From Candidatus Eiseniibacteriota bacterium (GTDB lineage: Bacteria > Orphanbacterota > Orphanbacteria > Orphanbacterales > Orphanbacteraceae): DNA of 33,110 bases. The notes under the pieces were generated by a model. That model saw only the letters and a program-made list of their open reading frames with translations, was not told the origin of the DNA and searched no databases. The position numbers and the translations under genes were made by a program. Location of the stretch: assembly GCA_043809585.1 (NCBI GenBank), contig JBDROZ010000051.1, positions 1 to 33,110 of the forward strand. Reading direction: 5' to 3'. Of the stretch, positions 1 through 8,493 are shown piece after piece. Numbering within the stretch: the first letter of the stretch is position 1; each line of letters starts with the position of its first letter.

Positions 1-185
1 CGGTCGGACTTCCGCCACCGGAGGTGTAGTCATGAGAGCCTCCCCCCGGGCGCTACCACTTATCGCTCCTAGCCGTCGCGATAAGTCCAAGCGCCCGACG
101 GGCCCCATCGAGGAGGCGGCGAAGGAAAGGAGGCTTCGCAGTCGGCGATCCGAGATCGCAGTAGGAGATTTGTGCATAATCCAGG
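1..185 (-). mobile_element. MITE family A copy E1, truncated by the window start
   Basis: Reverse complement of 106-185 matches 22662-22741 at 79/80 nt and begins CCTGGATTATGCACAAATCTCC. The flank 186-189 (TTAG on the minus strand) contains the TAG stop of the upstream CDS. Confidence 0.85.
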
Positions 186-3152
186 CTAAGCGAGCACCTC
201 CTCGATGATGGCGTCGAGGCTGCGGGCGACACGGGTGATGTGCTTCTCGAAATCCCGGGCGAGCAGTTCCCCCCCCGAAACGGAGTCGGTGGACCGGTAC
301 CCGAGGAGGGCGGCGGGGCGGTCGAAGTGCTCCGGGTTCACCGTGTTCACGGGCGCCACGGAGAGACGGTAGACATCGCGCAGGCGGTTCAGGAACTGGA
401 AGCTCTCCTTCATCTCCATGAACTCCCATCGCTGCCCCGGGATCTGTTCCGCCAGCATGTCCCAGAAGCGCCCGCCGATCGGCTCCCGGATCCGGTGGAT
501 CGCCTTCAGGAGGAGCATTCCCATCTCCAGGTCCCGGAGGCCGCCGGGGCACTCCTTGATGTCGAGGCAGCTGCCCGCGTTCTTCTCGTTCATGTATTCG
601 TGGCGCGACCGGATCTCGCCCGCCACCGCTTCGACGTAGCTGTCCTTCTGGGAGTAGATGCATCCCTCGATGATGCGACGGTGGAACTCCTCCTTCAGGC
701 GGCCGCTTCCGACGATCTGCCTCGCGCCGAGGAGTTGGGACATGTCGACGTAGGACTCCTTCCCCTCCGTCTTGAGCCATCGCTCGAGCTCCGAGAATCG
801 GGTGACGAATCCGCCGAAGCGGTCCGCCAGATGGTACTGGGGCATGATTCCCCGCCGGCTAATCTCCCGGTTCAGCCTTCCCAGGATCTTGTTCGAGTAC
901 TGGTAGATCTCCTCGTCGTCCGAGTTGAGAAGCACCACGAGATCGTAGTCGTCCTGGTGGGCCCGCTCCCGGGCGTGGCCGCCGGCGACGAAGAGCGCCA
1001 GCTTGTCGTGGGTCATGATACGCCGCTCCCCCTCCTCGTCCACCTCCGCCTTGCAGATGTCGAACAGGGTCTCGAGGAAGTGGTCGGCGAACTCCGTGAA
1101 CTCGGCGTCGAGCTGGGCGAGGGGCATGCCCTGAAGCGTCGCGAGCCCGATCCTGAGAAACTGGAGATCGTAGTACGCGCCGAGGAGCTTCTTCTGGTCC
1201 TCGTACGAGGGGGCTCGGATCAGATCGGCGAACATCCCCTGGGTGATCCGGTTCAGTTTCTTGAGGTCGCCGAAGGAGACCATGTATTCCGGGTGGTCTT
1301 CGCATACCCGCTCGATGGCGCGCCGGAAGAACCGGCTCGATTTACGGACGATGTCGCACAGGCGATAGAGCGCCTCGCGCCACTCGGCCACCTGGGAGTC
1401 CCACACCTTGCCCGTCAGCTTCTCGTGAAACGCCGCCTGTTTCTCGTCGTCCAGGAGGACCAGGTACCGGTAAACGAGATTCGGGTTGTACACGAAGACC
1501 GTGGAGAGGCGCCTGATCTCGTCGGGCGTGGATTGGATCGTCTCGAGAAACGCCTCGTTCAGTTCCTCGAAAACCTCGCGCGCCCCCGGCTTCCGCCGAT
1601 TCTTCCCGATGATCACGAGGAGGCGGAGCATCGTGTAGAACGTCTGGTATCCCCAGTGGGCGTAGTACTTGACGATCTGTTCCCGGTGGGCCTCGTCGAG
1701 AGCCATGAGGTCGAGGAGGAACCGGTCGAGGAGGTCGTTCTCCGGGTCCTCGAGAGCCATGAGAAGGTCGTTCCAGTACTTGATTCCCTGGAAGTAGCGG
1801 ACCCTTCGGAGGAAATCGATGGCGAGATTCGTCCGCCGCACGCCCGTGGGGGCGTGCCCCCCCGGCGTCACCCATTCGGCGAAGACCGTGATCTTCCGGA
1901 TGTGCTCCTCCACGTCGGGCAGGAGACTCTGCACCGCCTCCCGGCCGTACCGAACGTGCTGGAAGTAACGCACGAGCAGCTGCTCCCACGCCCGGATCAC
2001 GCCCACGTCCCGGTAACCCATGGCGTTCGCCACCTGCTGCAGGCACTCCTGCTCGGTCGGGTCCGAGAGGTCGATCTCCTCTTCCTGGGCGGAGAACTGC
2101 TGGTACAGGTGGCGGAAGGTCTCGACGAACGTGTGGCTCCTCTGCAGGGAGGAGAAGTCGACGCGGTGGTGCTTCAGCCGGCGGGAAAGCTGCTCGAAGG
2201 CCCCCCACGTGTCGGCCTCCTGAATCCTGTGAATGCACCGGTAGGCGCTCATGATCCCGATCACCATGCGGAGGAGGTCCTCTTTCGGGTTCACCCGTTC
2301 CGGGTCGTGGGGCCAAAGGAGGAGCGACTCGATCTCGCCGACGAGACCCCGCAGGTACCCCTCATGCTCCCGGATCGTCTTTCTGCGGCGGTAGTAGTAG
2401 CGGTTGTGGATCTTCCTCTTGAATTGCTCGAACAGCTCCACGCTGCCGGCGATCGGATAGACCGAGAGGATTTCGGTGACGCTGACGAAGTCGAGGATGC
2501 GCATGTCGAGGCGCCGCCGGTACTCGTCGATGGAGACCGTGTAACCCTCGGCGCCGACGTGCTCGGAAAGGTAGAAGTCCGGGTTGCTCGCCCACCGGAG
2601 CATCTCCCGGGCCATCTTGCCGATCGCCTTGTTCAGGCCGTGGCGGGCGGGGCTCCCGTCGTCGATGATGCCGAGGTCCACGTCGTCCTGGTGGAGCCTG
2701 GTGCCGACGGAACAGATGACGAACTCCGGCCGCGGCCCCTCGCCGAGGAGCAGATCGAGCACCCGGGTGAGGTAGGCGCCGACGAGCCGCACGAAGTCCT
2801 CGCCGACCCGGCGCACGAAATCCCGGTAGACGGCGGCGGGGTCGAGCGTGCCGCTCGCGTTCAACCGGAGATGGTCGATGGAGCGGATGTTCATCTGGAG
2901 GTACTGGATGGCGTAGTAACAGCCGAGAAGGGTGAGCATCTCCGCGGGGTCCCGCCCCGCGGACAGGACCGCATCCATCTCGGCGCCCGGGTCCTTCGCG
3001 GGCTGCCGGAGGTGCACTTGGTCGAACCGCCCCGATTCCTCGAGGCGGTCGATGAGAAGCCGTCCGTGTTTGTCGATGGCGTGGGAGTACTTCCGGCGGT
3101 AGTTGCCGAGCTCCTGGCAACGCTCCTCGAGCCGGCGGAAGTAACGCAACAT
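186..3152 (-). CDS. GlnE-like protein with two tandem Pol-beta-type nucleotidyltransferase domains
   Basis: 988-aa ORF with GGAG RBS. Two NTase motifs (SVGTRLHQDDVDLGII and AGGHARERAHQDDYDLVVL) and a GlnE/GlnD-type DIKECPGGLRDLE motif. No HD or ACT domain recognised. Confidence 0.75.
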   Translation of the reverse strand: MLRYFRRLEERCQELGNYRRKYSHAIDKHGRLLIDRLEESGRFDQVHLRQPAKDPGAEMDAVLSAGRDPAEMLTLLGCYYAIQYLQMNIRSIDHLRLNASGTLDPAAVYRDFVRRVGEDFVRLVGAYLTRVLDLLLGEGPRPEFVICSVGTRLHQDDVDLGIIDDGSPARHGLNKAIGKMAREMLRWASNPDFYLSEHVGAEGYTVSIDEYRRRLDMRILDFVSVTEILSVYPIAGSVELFEQFKRKIHNRYYYRRRKTIREHEGYLRGLVGEIESLLLWPHDPERVNPKEDLLRMVIGIMSAYRCIHRIQEADTWGAFEQLSRRLKHHRVDFSSLQRSHTFVETFRHLYQQFSAQEEEIDLSDPTEQECLQQVANAMGYRDVGVIRAWEQLLVRYFQHVRYGREAVQSLLPDVEEHIRKITVFAEWVTPGGHAPTGVRRTNLAIDFLRRVRYFQGIKYWNDLLMALEDPENDLLDRFLLDLMALDEAHREQIVKYYAHWGYQTFYTMLRLLVIIGKNRRKPGAREVFEELNEAFLETIQSTPDEIRRLSTVFVYNPNLVYRYLVLLDDEKQAAFHEKLTGKVWDSQVAEWREALYRLCDIVRKSSRFFRRAIERVCEDHPEYMVSFGDLKKLNRITQGMFADLIRAPSYEDQKKLLGAYYDLQFLRIGLATLQGMPLAQLDAEFTEFADHFLETLFDICKAEVDEEGERRIMTHDKLALFVAGGHARERAHQDDYDLVVLLNSDDEEIYQYSNKILGRLNREISRRGIMPQYHLADRFGGFVTRFSELERWLKTEGKESYVDMSQLLGARQIVGSGRLKEEFHRRIIEGCIYSQKDSYVEAVAGEIRSRHEYMNEKNAGSCLDIKECPGGLRDLEMGMLLLKAIHRIREPIGGRFWDMLAEQIPGQRWEFMEMKESFQFLNRLRDVYRLSVAPVNTVNPEHFDRPAALLGYRSTDSVSGGELLARDFEKHITRVARSLDAIIEEVLA

Positions 3153-3247
3153 GCTGAGGCTCCCGGTCGTCGGCGCCGGGCGGTCCCGGCACTCGTGTTG
3201 GGTCCCGATGGCCGGTGCGAACGCCGAGGACCCGCCGGGACACGGCG

Positions 3248-3802
3248 CTACCCCTGGGCGAGAATCTCGTCGGCCATGGAGAGGCCGAAATCGAAGGCCT
3301 TCAGGTTGATCTCCTCGGTCCCCTTCGGGACGCGTGTCAGGATCGCCTCCCGGACCGAATCCTCGGAGACCACGTTCGCCACCCGGGTGATGATCCCGAG
3401 GGAGACGATGTTGGCCACGATCTCCCGCCCCACTTTTTCCCGGGCCGTGCGGATCACAGGCGCCCGGAAGACCCGATAGTCCCCCTCGGGGACATGGGAG
3501 ACGGCGTCGTCGTCCACGAGCAGGATGCCCGACGGCTTCAGATCACCCGTGTACCGGTCGCACGCCTCCTGGGTCAGCGCGAGAAGAAGATCGAGCTGCA
3601 CGGCCTTCGGAAAGTCGATGTCCTCGTCCGAGAGGATCACCTCGGAACGGCTCGCGCCCCCCCGGGCTTCCGGGCCGTACGATTGGCTCTGGGTGGCGTT
3701 GATCCCCTCGTAGATCGCGCCGGCCTCCGCGAGAATCTTGCCGGCAAGAACCAGCCCCTGGCCCCCCTCGCCGCTCAGCCTGATCTCGTACCGGAAGCTC
3801 AT
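3248..3802 (-). CDS. korC: 2-oxoacid:ferredoxin oxidoreductase gamma subunit
   Basis: MSFRYEIRLSGEGGQG and SYGPEARGGASRSEV motifs. ATG at 3802 overlaps the beta-subunit stop (ATGA). Confidence 0.92.
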   Translation of the reverse strand: MSFRYEIRLSGEGGQGLVLAGKILAEAGAIYEGINATQSQSYGPEARGGASRSEVILSDEDIDFPKAVQLDLLLALTQEACDRYTGDLKPSGILLVDDDAVSHVPEGDYRVFRAPVIRTAREKVGREIVANIVSLGIITRVANVVSEDSVREAILTRVPKGTEEINLKAFDFGLSMADEILAQG

Positions 3803-4680
3803 AGCCCTTCTCCTTCTCTGATCGCGTCGCTCGCGAGAACGACCTCCCGCTCGGGCAGGTCGACCCCGCCGCGGGCGCCGAGGTCCTCGATCAACCCTTG
3901 GTACAGGGCCGTGTACTCCGGTTTCTCCACGTCCGTCAGGACGCCGGTGACGAGCATGCCGTCGAGCTCTTCGGCGGTCATCTTCTCCGCCTTCCGGATG
4001 TCCACCGTGTTCTCTTTGATCCACATCATGTTGTCCAACGGCTTCCCCATCCTGTTCTGGCGTCCGAAGGCGGTCGGGCAGGGGGTGAACGCCTCGATCA
4101 GGGAGAAGCCCTTCCTCTGGATGCCTTTCTCGATGTACTTGCTCATCTTGATCGGGTTCGTCACGTCCGCCCGGGCGACGAAGGACGCCCCCGCCGCGAT
4201 GGCCAGGTTCGAGATGTCGAAGGAGCCTTCGATGTTGCCTTGGCGCGCCGTGGTGGCGCGCTTCCCGTGGGGCGTCGTGGGCGAGAGCTGGCCGCCGGTC
4301 ATGCCGTAGATCCAGTTGTTGTAGAGCACCACGGTGATGTCGATGTTGCGCCGGGCGGCGTGGATGAAGTGATTCCCACCGATCGCCGTGGCGTCGCCGT
4401 CGCCGGTCACCACGATCACGGTGAGCTCCGGTTTCGCGAGCTTCACTCCCGTGGCGAACGCGATCGCCCGCCCGTGGGTGGTGTGAAGCGTGTTGAAGTC
4501 GACGTACCCCGTGGCGCGGCTCGAGCAGCCGATCCCGGAGACCATGGTGACGTCGTCTTTGTCGAGCTTCATCCGGTCGATGGCGCCGAGCATCGCCTTC
4601 AGCACGATGCCGTGGCCGCACCCGGGGCACCAGATGAGCGGAAGCTTGTCGATTCGGAGGTACTGTTCGAAGTCGATCAT
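3799..4680 (-). CDS. korB: 2-oxoacid:ferredoxin oxidoreductase beta subunit (TPP-binding)
   Basis: WCPGCGHG, SGIGCSSR, GDGD...NNWIYGMTGGQ and PCPT motifs. ATG at 4680 overlaps the alpha-subunit stop. Confidence 0.93.
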   Translation of the reverse strand: MIDFEQYLRIDKLPLIWCPGCGHGIVLKAMLGAIDRMKLDKDDVTMVSGIGCSSRATGYVDFNTLHTTHGRAIAFATGVKLAKPELTVIVVTGDGDATAIGGNHFIHAARRNIDITVVLYNNWIYGMTGGQLSPTTPHGKRATTARQGNIEGSFDISNLAIAAGASFVARADVTNPIKMSKYIEKGIQRKGFSLIEAFTPCPTAFGRQNRMGKPLDNMMWIKENTVDIRKAEKMTAEELDGMLVTGVLTDVEKPEYTALYQGLIEDLGARGGVDLPEREVVLASDAIREGEGL

Positions 4681-5849
4681 GATCCCTTCACCGCCTTCCG
4701 GACCGCCTCCACGATCTCCTGTGGCCGGATCGGTTCGCCGTCGATGCGTGAAAGCCGGTGGATCCGGGCTTCGCCGAAGACCGCCCATTCCACCTCGTGG
4801 GCGACCTGGCCGAGATTCATCTCCGGCACCACGATGTGGTCCACCGAGGCGCCGAACCGCCGGATCGCCTCCGCCGGGAAGGGCCAGATCGTGAGAGGGG
4901 CGAGAAAGGAGACGGCCAGTCCCTCTTCCCGGAGGAGGCGAACCCCGCGGAGGGCGCTCCGCGCCGTGGAGCCGTAGGCGATGACTCCCACCTTCGCCCC
5001 CTCCTGCAGGTCCTCGTCCACCCGGATGATCTTCGACGCGTGCCGATCGATCTTCCCGTTCAGGCGGCGGAGCACATGGTCGATCTTCTTCGGGTTGTTC
5101 GTGGGAAAGCCGGTCTCGTCGTGGGCGAGACCCGTGACGTGGAACCGGTATCCTTCACCGAAGCTCGCCATGGGAGGGACGCCGCTCTCGGTGTCGGCGT
5201 AGGGGAGGAAGTCGGTGCGCCCCTTCTCCGCCTTCACCCTCTCCACGATCTTCACTTTCGCGGGCAGCTCCACCTTCTCGTTCACGTGACCGATGATCTC
5301 GTCGAGCAGGATGATGACCGGCGACCGGTAGATCTCGGCCAGATTGAACGCCCGGATCGTCATGTCGTACGTCTCGCGCACGCTTCGGGGGCAGAGTACG
5401 ATGATCGGGTGGTCGCCGTGGGTGCCCCACCGCGCCTGCATCACGTCGCCTTGGGCGGGGAGCGTCGGGAGCCCGGTGCTCGGCCCGCCGCGCATCACGT
5501 TGACGATCACGCACGGGATCTCCGCCATGCAGGCGTAGCCGATGTTCTCCTGCTTCAGGGAGAACCCGGGACCGCTCGTGGCGGTCAGCGCCTTCGACCC
5601 GGCCAGGGAGGCGCCGATCACGGACCCCATGGCGCCGATCTCGTCTTCCATCTGGATGAACTTGCCGCCCGTCCGGGGGAGGAGGTCCGAGAGGATCTCG
5701 GCGATCTCCGACGACGGCGTGATCGGGTAGCCGCCGAAGAAACGGCAGCCCGCGGCGACGGCGGCTTCGGCGCACGCCTCGTTCCCCGTCATCACGCGGA
5801 TCCGGCTCTTGGCGGTGTCCGGCCTTGCCTGTTGCTCTTCTGTTTTCAT
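4677..5849 (-). CDS. korA: 2-oxoacid:ferredoxin oxidoreductase alpha subunit
   Basis: GNEA, GYPITPSSEI, QMEDEI, TATSGPGFSL and RGGPSTGLPT motifs. Confidence 0.93.
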   Translation of the reverse strand: MKTEEQQARPDTAKSRIRVMTGNEACAEAAVAAGCRFFGGYPITPSSEIAEILSDLLPRTGGKFIQMEDEIGAMGSVIGASLAGSKALTATSGPGFSLKQENIGYACMAEIPCVIVNVMRGGPSTGLPTLPAQGDVMQARWGTHGDHPIIVLCPRSVRETYDMTIRAFNLAEIYRSPVIILLDEIIGHVNEKVELPAKVKIVERVKAEKGRTDFLPYADTESGVPPMASFGEGYRFHVTGLAHDETGFPTNNPKKIDHVLRRLNGKIDRHASKIIRVDEDLQEGAKVGVIAYGSTARSALRGVRLLREEGLAVSFLAPLTIWPFPAEAIRRFGASVDHIVVPEMNLGQVAHEVEWAVFGEARIHRLSRIDGEPIRPQEIVEAVRKAVKGS

Positions 5850-5862
5850 GAATCCCGCGCTC

Positions 5863-6081
5863 CTACTCCACTTTCATCGCGAAGTCCGGGCAAACCCAGA
5901 CGCAAAGCTGGCACTTCGTACACTCCTCCGGGCGCACCGCGACCGGATAGACTCCCTGCATCTGCAGCACGTCCTTGGGACAGAACGAGACACAGAACTC
6001 GCACCCTTTGCACCAATCTTCCCGGATCGTAATGGAGGCGGGAGTTTTCTTCGGGGCATCGGGCTCGGCCGACTTCTCCAT
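5863..6081 (-). CDS. korD: 2-oxoacid:ferredoxin oxidoreductase delta subunit (2x[4Fe-4S] ferredoxin)
   Basis: CKGCEFCVSFCP and CTKCQLCVWVCP motifs. AGGAG RBS precedes the ATG at 6081. First gene of the operon. Confidence 0.9.
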   Translation of the reverse strand: MEKSAEPDAPKKTPASITIREDWCKGCEFCVSFCPKDVLQMQGVYPVAVRPEECTKCQLCVWVCPDFAMKVE

Positions 6082-6123
6082 GTCTACTCCTAAAAAGTGC
6101 TTGTTCGACCTCGCCGTCCGGAG

Positions 6124-6154
6124 ATGGTACCACCAATCGCGCCGATTGGGGCAA
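6124..6154 (-). promoter_or_regulatory. Putative sigma70 promoter of the kor operon with an internal palindrome
   Basis: Minus strand TTGCCC-N19-TACCAT with extended -10 TG. CCAATCG-cgc-CGATTGG dyad at 6133-6149. Confidence 0.45.
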
Positions 6155-6430
6155 CCGGGGAAGGAAAAAAACCGCCCCCAACGGTTTCCGCCGGTCAACG
6201 AACTCCGGCCAAAGCCGGTCGCGAGTCTCTAAGCCGTTACCTCATAGTACGTTTCAAACGGCTTTCCCGCAAGGGATCCGGCGGGGCCCCGCCCCCTTTC
6301 CCTCCCCTCCGCGGATGCCCTCCCTCCCTCTATCGGCCGGACCCTCGAAAGGCCTGCCCGGCCCCCCCCCCGTTGTGCTCCTCCCGGGGAGCGGGGTGGG
6401 ACGGTCCCCGGGGGGGATGTCCGGTTTCTT

Positions 6431-6459
6431 TTGCCTCCCGGAGGCCGTTCCCGTAAAAT
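6431..6459 (+). promoter_or_regulatory. Putative sigma70 promoter of pckA
   Basis: TTGCCT-N17-TAAAAT about 80 nt upstream of the ATG. Confidence 0.55.
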
Positions 6460-6539
6460 CGAAAGATGCACCCGGCATGTCGTCGTGATCTCTGCATTAC
6501 GGCCTCGCCAGGAAGGGCCGGCGGGAGGAGACAAGGGAC

Positions 6540-8183
6540 ATGGATTTTCGGAAGACACTGGACAAGGCGATCGCGAAGCACAAGAGGGTTCACGGGAACC
6601 TGAAACGGAGCGACGTGATCGGTCACGTCGTGAAGAACAAGGAAGCGATCGTCTCCGCGAACGGCGCCCTCGCGACCTGGACGCCGCCCGAGTCGACCGG
6701 CCGCGCGCCGAAAGACACGGTGATCGTGAAGAGGCCGGAGAGCGCGGCGAACATCGACTGGGATTCGCCGAACTGCATCCCTCTCGCGCCGGACACCTTC
6801 GAGATGCTCTGGCAGGACGGGATGAAGGTGCTCGCGAAGAAGCCCCGGATCTACTACTCGGACCGCTGCGTCGGCGCCGATCCGGCCTACTCCCTTCCGA
6901 TCCGGACCGTCTCCTACTTCGCGTCGACCATTCTCTTCTGCGACAACATGTTCCTTCCCCTTCACAGGGACATGAGCAAGAGCATCTACAACGACCGGCC
7001 GTTCACGCTCTTCGTCCTGCCTTACGACAAGATCGACACGGCGAAGTACCAGGACCGGCTCCGCAAGCTCCCGACCGGCGGCGTGTCGAACATGATCGTG
7101 GCGATGGACTTCGACAGGCGCGCCGGGCTCGTGTACGGCAGCGCCTACGGTGGAAGCTGCAAGAAGCTGGTCTTCACGGTGATGAACTACCTGCTCCCCG
7201 GCGACGGCATCCTGCCCCTCCACTGCAGCGCGAATGAGGACAAGAAGGGGAACTCGGCGCTCCTGCTCGGCCTCTCCGGCACGGGGAAGACGACCCTCTC
7301 CGCCGACCCGACGCGGGCGCTGCTCGGGGACGACGAGCACGGCTGGAGCGACACGGGTGTCGCCAACTTCGAGAACGGATGCTACGCGAAGCTGATTGAC
7401 CTCAGGATCGACAAGGAGCCCGAGATCTGGCACGCCGCGTTCGACAAGAAGCCGGTGGCGAGACACGGCGCCCTCATCGAGAACTGCATGATGTACCCGA
7501 ACGGCACATTCGACGTCGACGACGACCGTCTCACGCCGAACTCCCGGGTCTCCTACCCCCGGACGTTCCTCAGCAACATCAAGAAGAACCCGGTCGGCAA
7601 GCATCCGAAGACGATCCTCTTCCTGACCGCCGACGCGAACGGCGTGCTTCCCCCCGTAGCGAAGCTGACCCCGGAACAGGCGATGCTCTGGTTCCTCATG
7701 GGCTACACGAGCAAGCTCGCCGGAACGGAGACGGGAATCGTCGAGCCCGTGTCGACCTTCTCCCGCTTCTTCGGCGCCCCCTTCATGCCCCGCCTGCCCG
7801 ACGTGTACGCCCGGATGCTCGGCGACCAGATGGCGAAGCATGGAACCCAGGTCTACTTGGTCAACACGGGTTGGAACGGCGGGCCGTACGGTCAAGGCTC
7901 GCGGATGGATATCCTCCTGACCCGGAAGCTCGTCGACGCGGCCCTCTCCGGCAAGCTGAACAAGGTCGAGTACGCCGAGGACAGGCTCTTCCACATCATG
8001 GTGCCGAAGAGCGTGGCGGGCGTGCCCACCGACCTGCTCCAGGCGAAGAATACCTGGAAGGACAAGAAGGCCTTCGACGAGCGGGCGGAGAAGCTCGCCA
8101 AGGACTTCAGCAACGCCTTCGACAAGAACTACGGGAACAAGGGGATCAACAAGGCCGTCTCGGCCCAGTGCCCCGGCAAGTAG
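6540..8183 (+). CDS. pckA: Phosphoenolpyruvate carboxykinase (ATP)
   Basis: TGRAPKD, LHCSAN, GLSGTGKTTLS, GDDEHGW, NFENGCYAK and YLVNTGW motifs. Confidence 0.96.
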   Translation: MDFRKTLDKAIAKHKRVHGNLKRSDVIGHVVKNKEAIVSANGALATWTPPESTGRAPKDTVIVKRPESAANIDWDSPNCIPLAPDTFEMLWQDGMKVLAKKPRIYYSDRCVGADPAYSLPIRTVSYFASTILFCDNMFLPLHRDMSKSIYNDRPFTLFVLPYDKIDTAKYQDRLRKLPTGGVSNMIVAMDFDRRAGLVYGSAYGGSCKKLVFTVMNYLLPGDGILPLHCSANEDKKGNSALLLGLSGTGKTTLSADPTRALLGDDEHGWSDTGVANFENGCYAKLIDLRIDKEPEIWHAAFDKKPVARHGALIENCMMYPNGTFDVDDDRLTPNSRVSYPRTFLSNIKKNPVGKHPKTILFLTADANGVLPPVAKLTPEQAMLWFLMGYTSKLAGTETGIVEPVSTFSRFFGAPFMPRLPDVYARMLGDQMAKHGTQVYLVNTGWNGGPYGQGSRMDILLTRKLVDAALSGKLNKVEYAEDRLFHIMVPKSVAGVPTDLLQAKNTWKDKKAFDERAEKLAKDFSNAFDKNYGNKGINKAVSAQCPGK

Positions 8184-8210
8184 GGACGGCGATCGTCCAT
8201 GGCGCGCAAG

Positions 8211-8238
8211 AGGGCCCCGGGGGAGACCCCGGGGCCTT
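8211..8238 (+). terminator. Stem-loop after pckA (probable terminator)
   Basis: GGCCCCGGGG-gaga-CCCCGGGGCC followed by a pyrimidine-rich tract. Confidence 0.6.
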
Positions 8239-8430
8239 CCTCGTCTTCCTTCGCCTCCTCCTCTGCACCCTGGAATGGGCGAGGTCGCCCGCCGGGTTGA
8301 AGAATCGCATTCGTTGGACACACACCGCTGAGATCAAGGATGGTGTCTTCCGAGCCGGAGGCTCGGGCGGTGTATGTCCCCCGCCCACTCCGAAGCTATA
8401 TGCTCGCTGAGACTGATGAGGAGCGCGCAG

Positions 8431-8468
8431 AAAAAAAGGCGCCCGGCCGGGTTTTCCCGGCCGGGCGC
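8431..8468 (-). terminator. Rho-independent terminator of the S8 protease gene
   Basis: 13-bp stem GCGCCCGGCCGGG/CCCGGCCGGGCGC followed by T7 on the minus strand. Confidence 0.85.
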
Positions 8469-8493
8469 GTGATCGCGTTCGGTGGTTCAGACC

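Noticed and set aside
240-3479. 1079-aa plus-strand ORF
   Set aside because: Antisense shadow of the GlnE-like gene. It has no recognisable motifs, and long stop-free reverse frames are expected in high-GC coding DNA.
8414-8433. CTGATGAG...GAAA resembling a hammerhead ribozyme core
   Set aside because: No valid stem II closes before GAAA, the A-run belongs to the adjacent terminator, and I could not build stems I and III.
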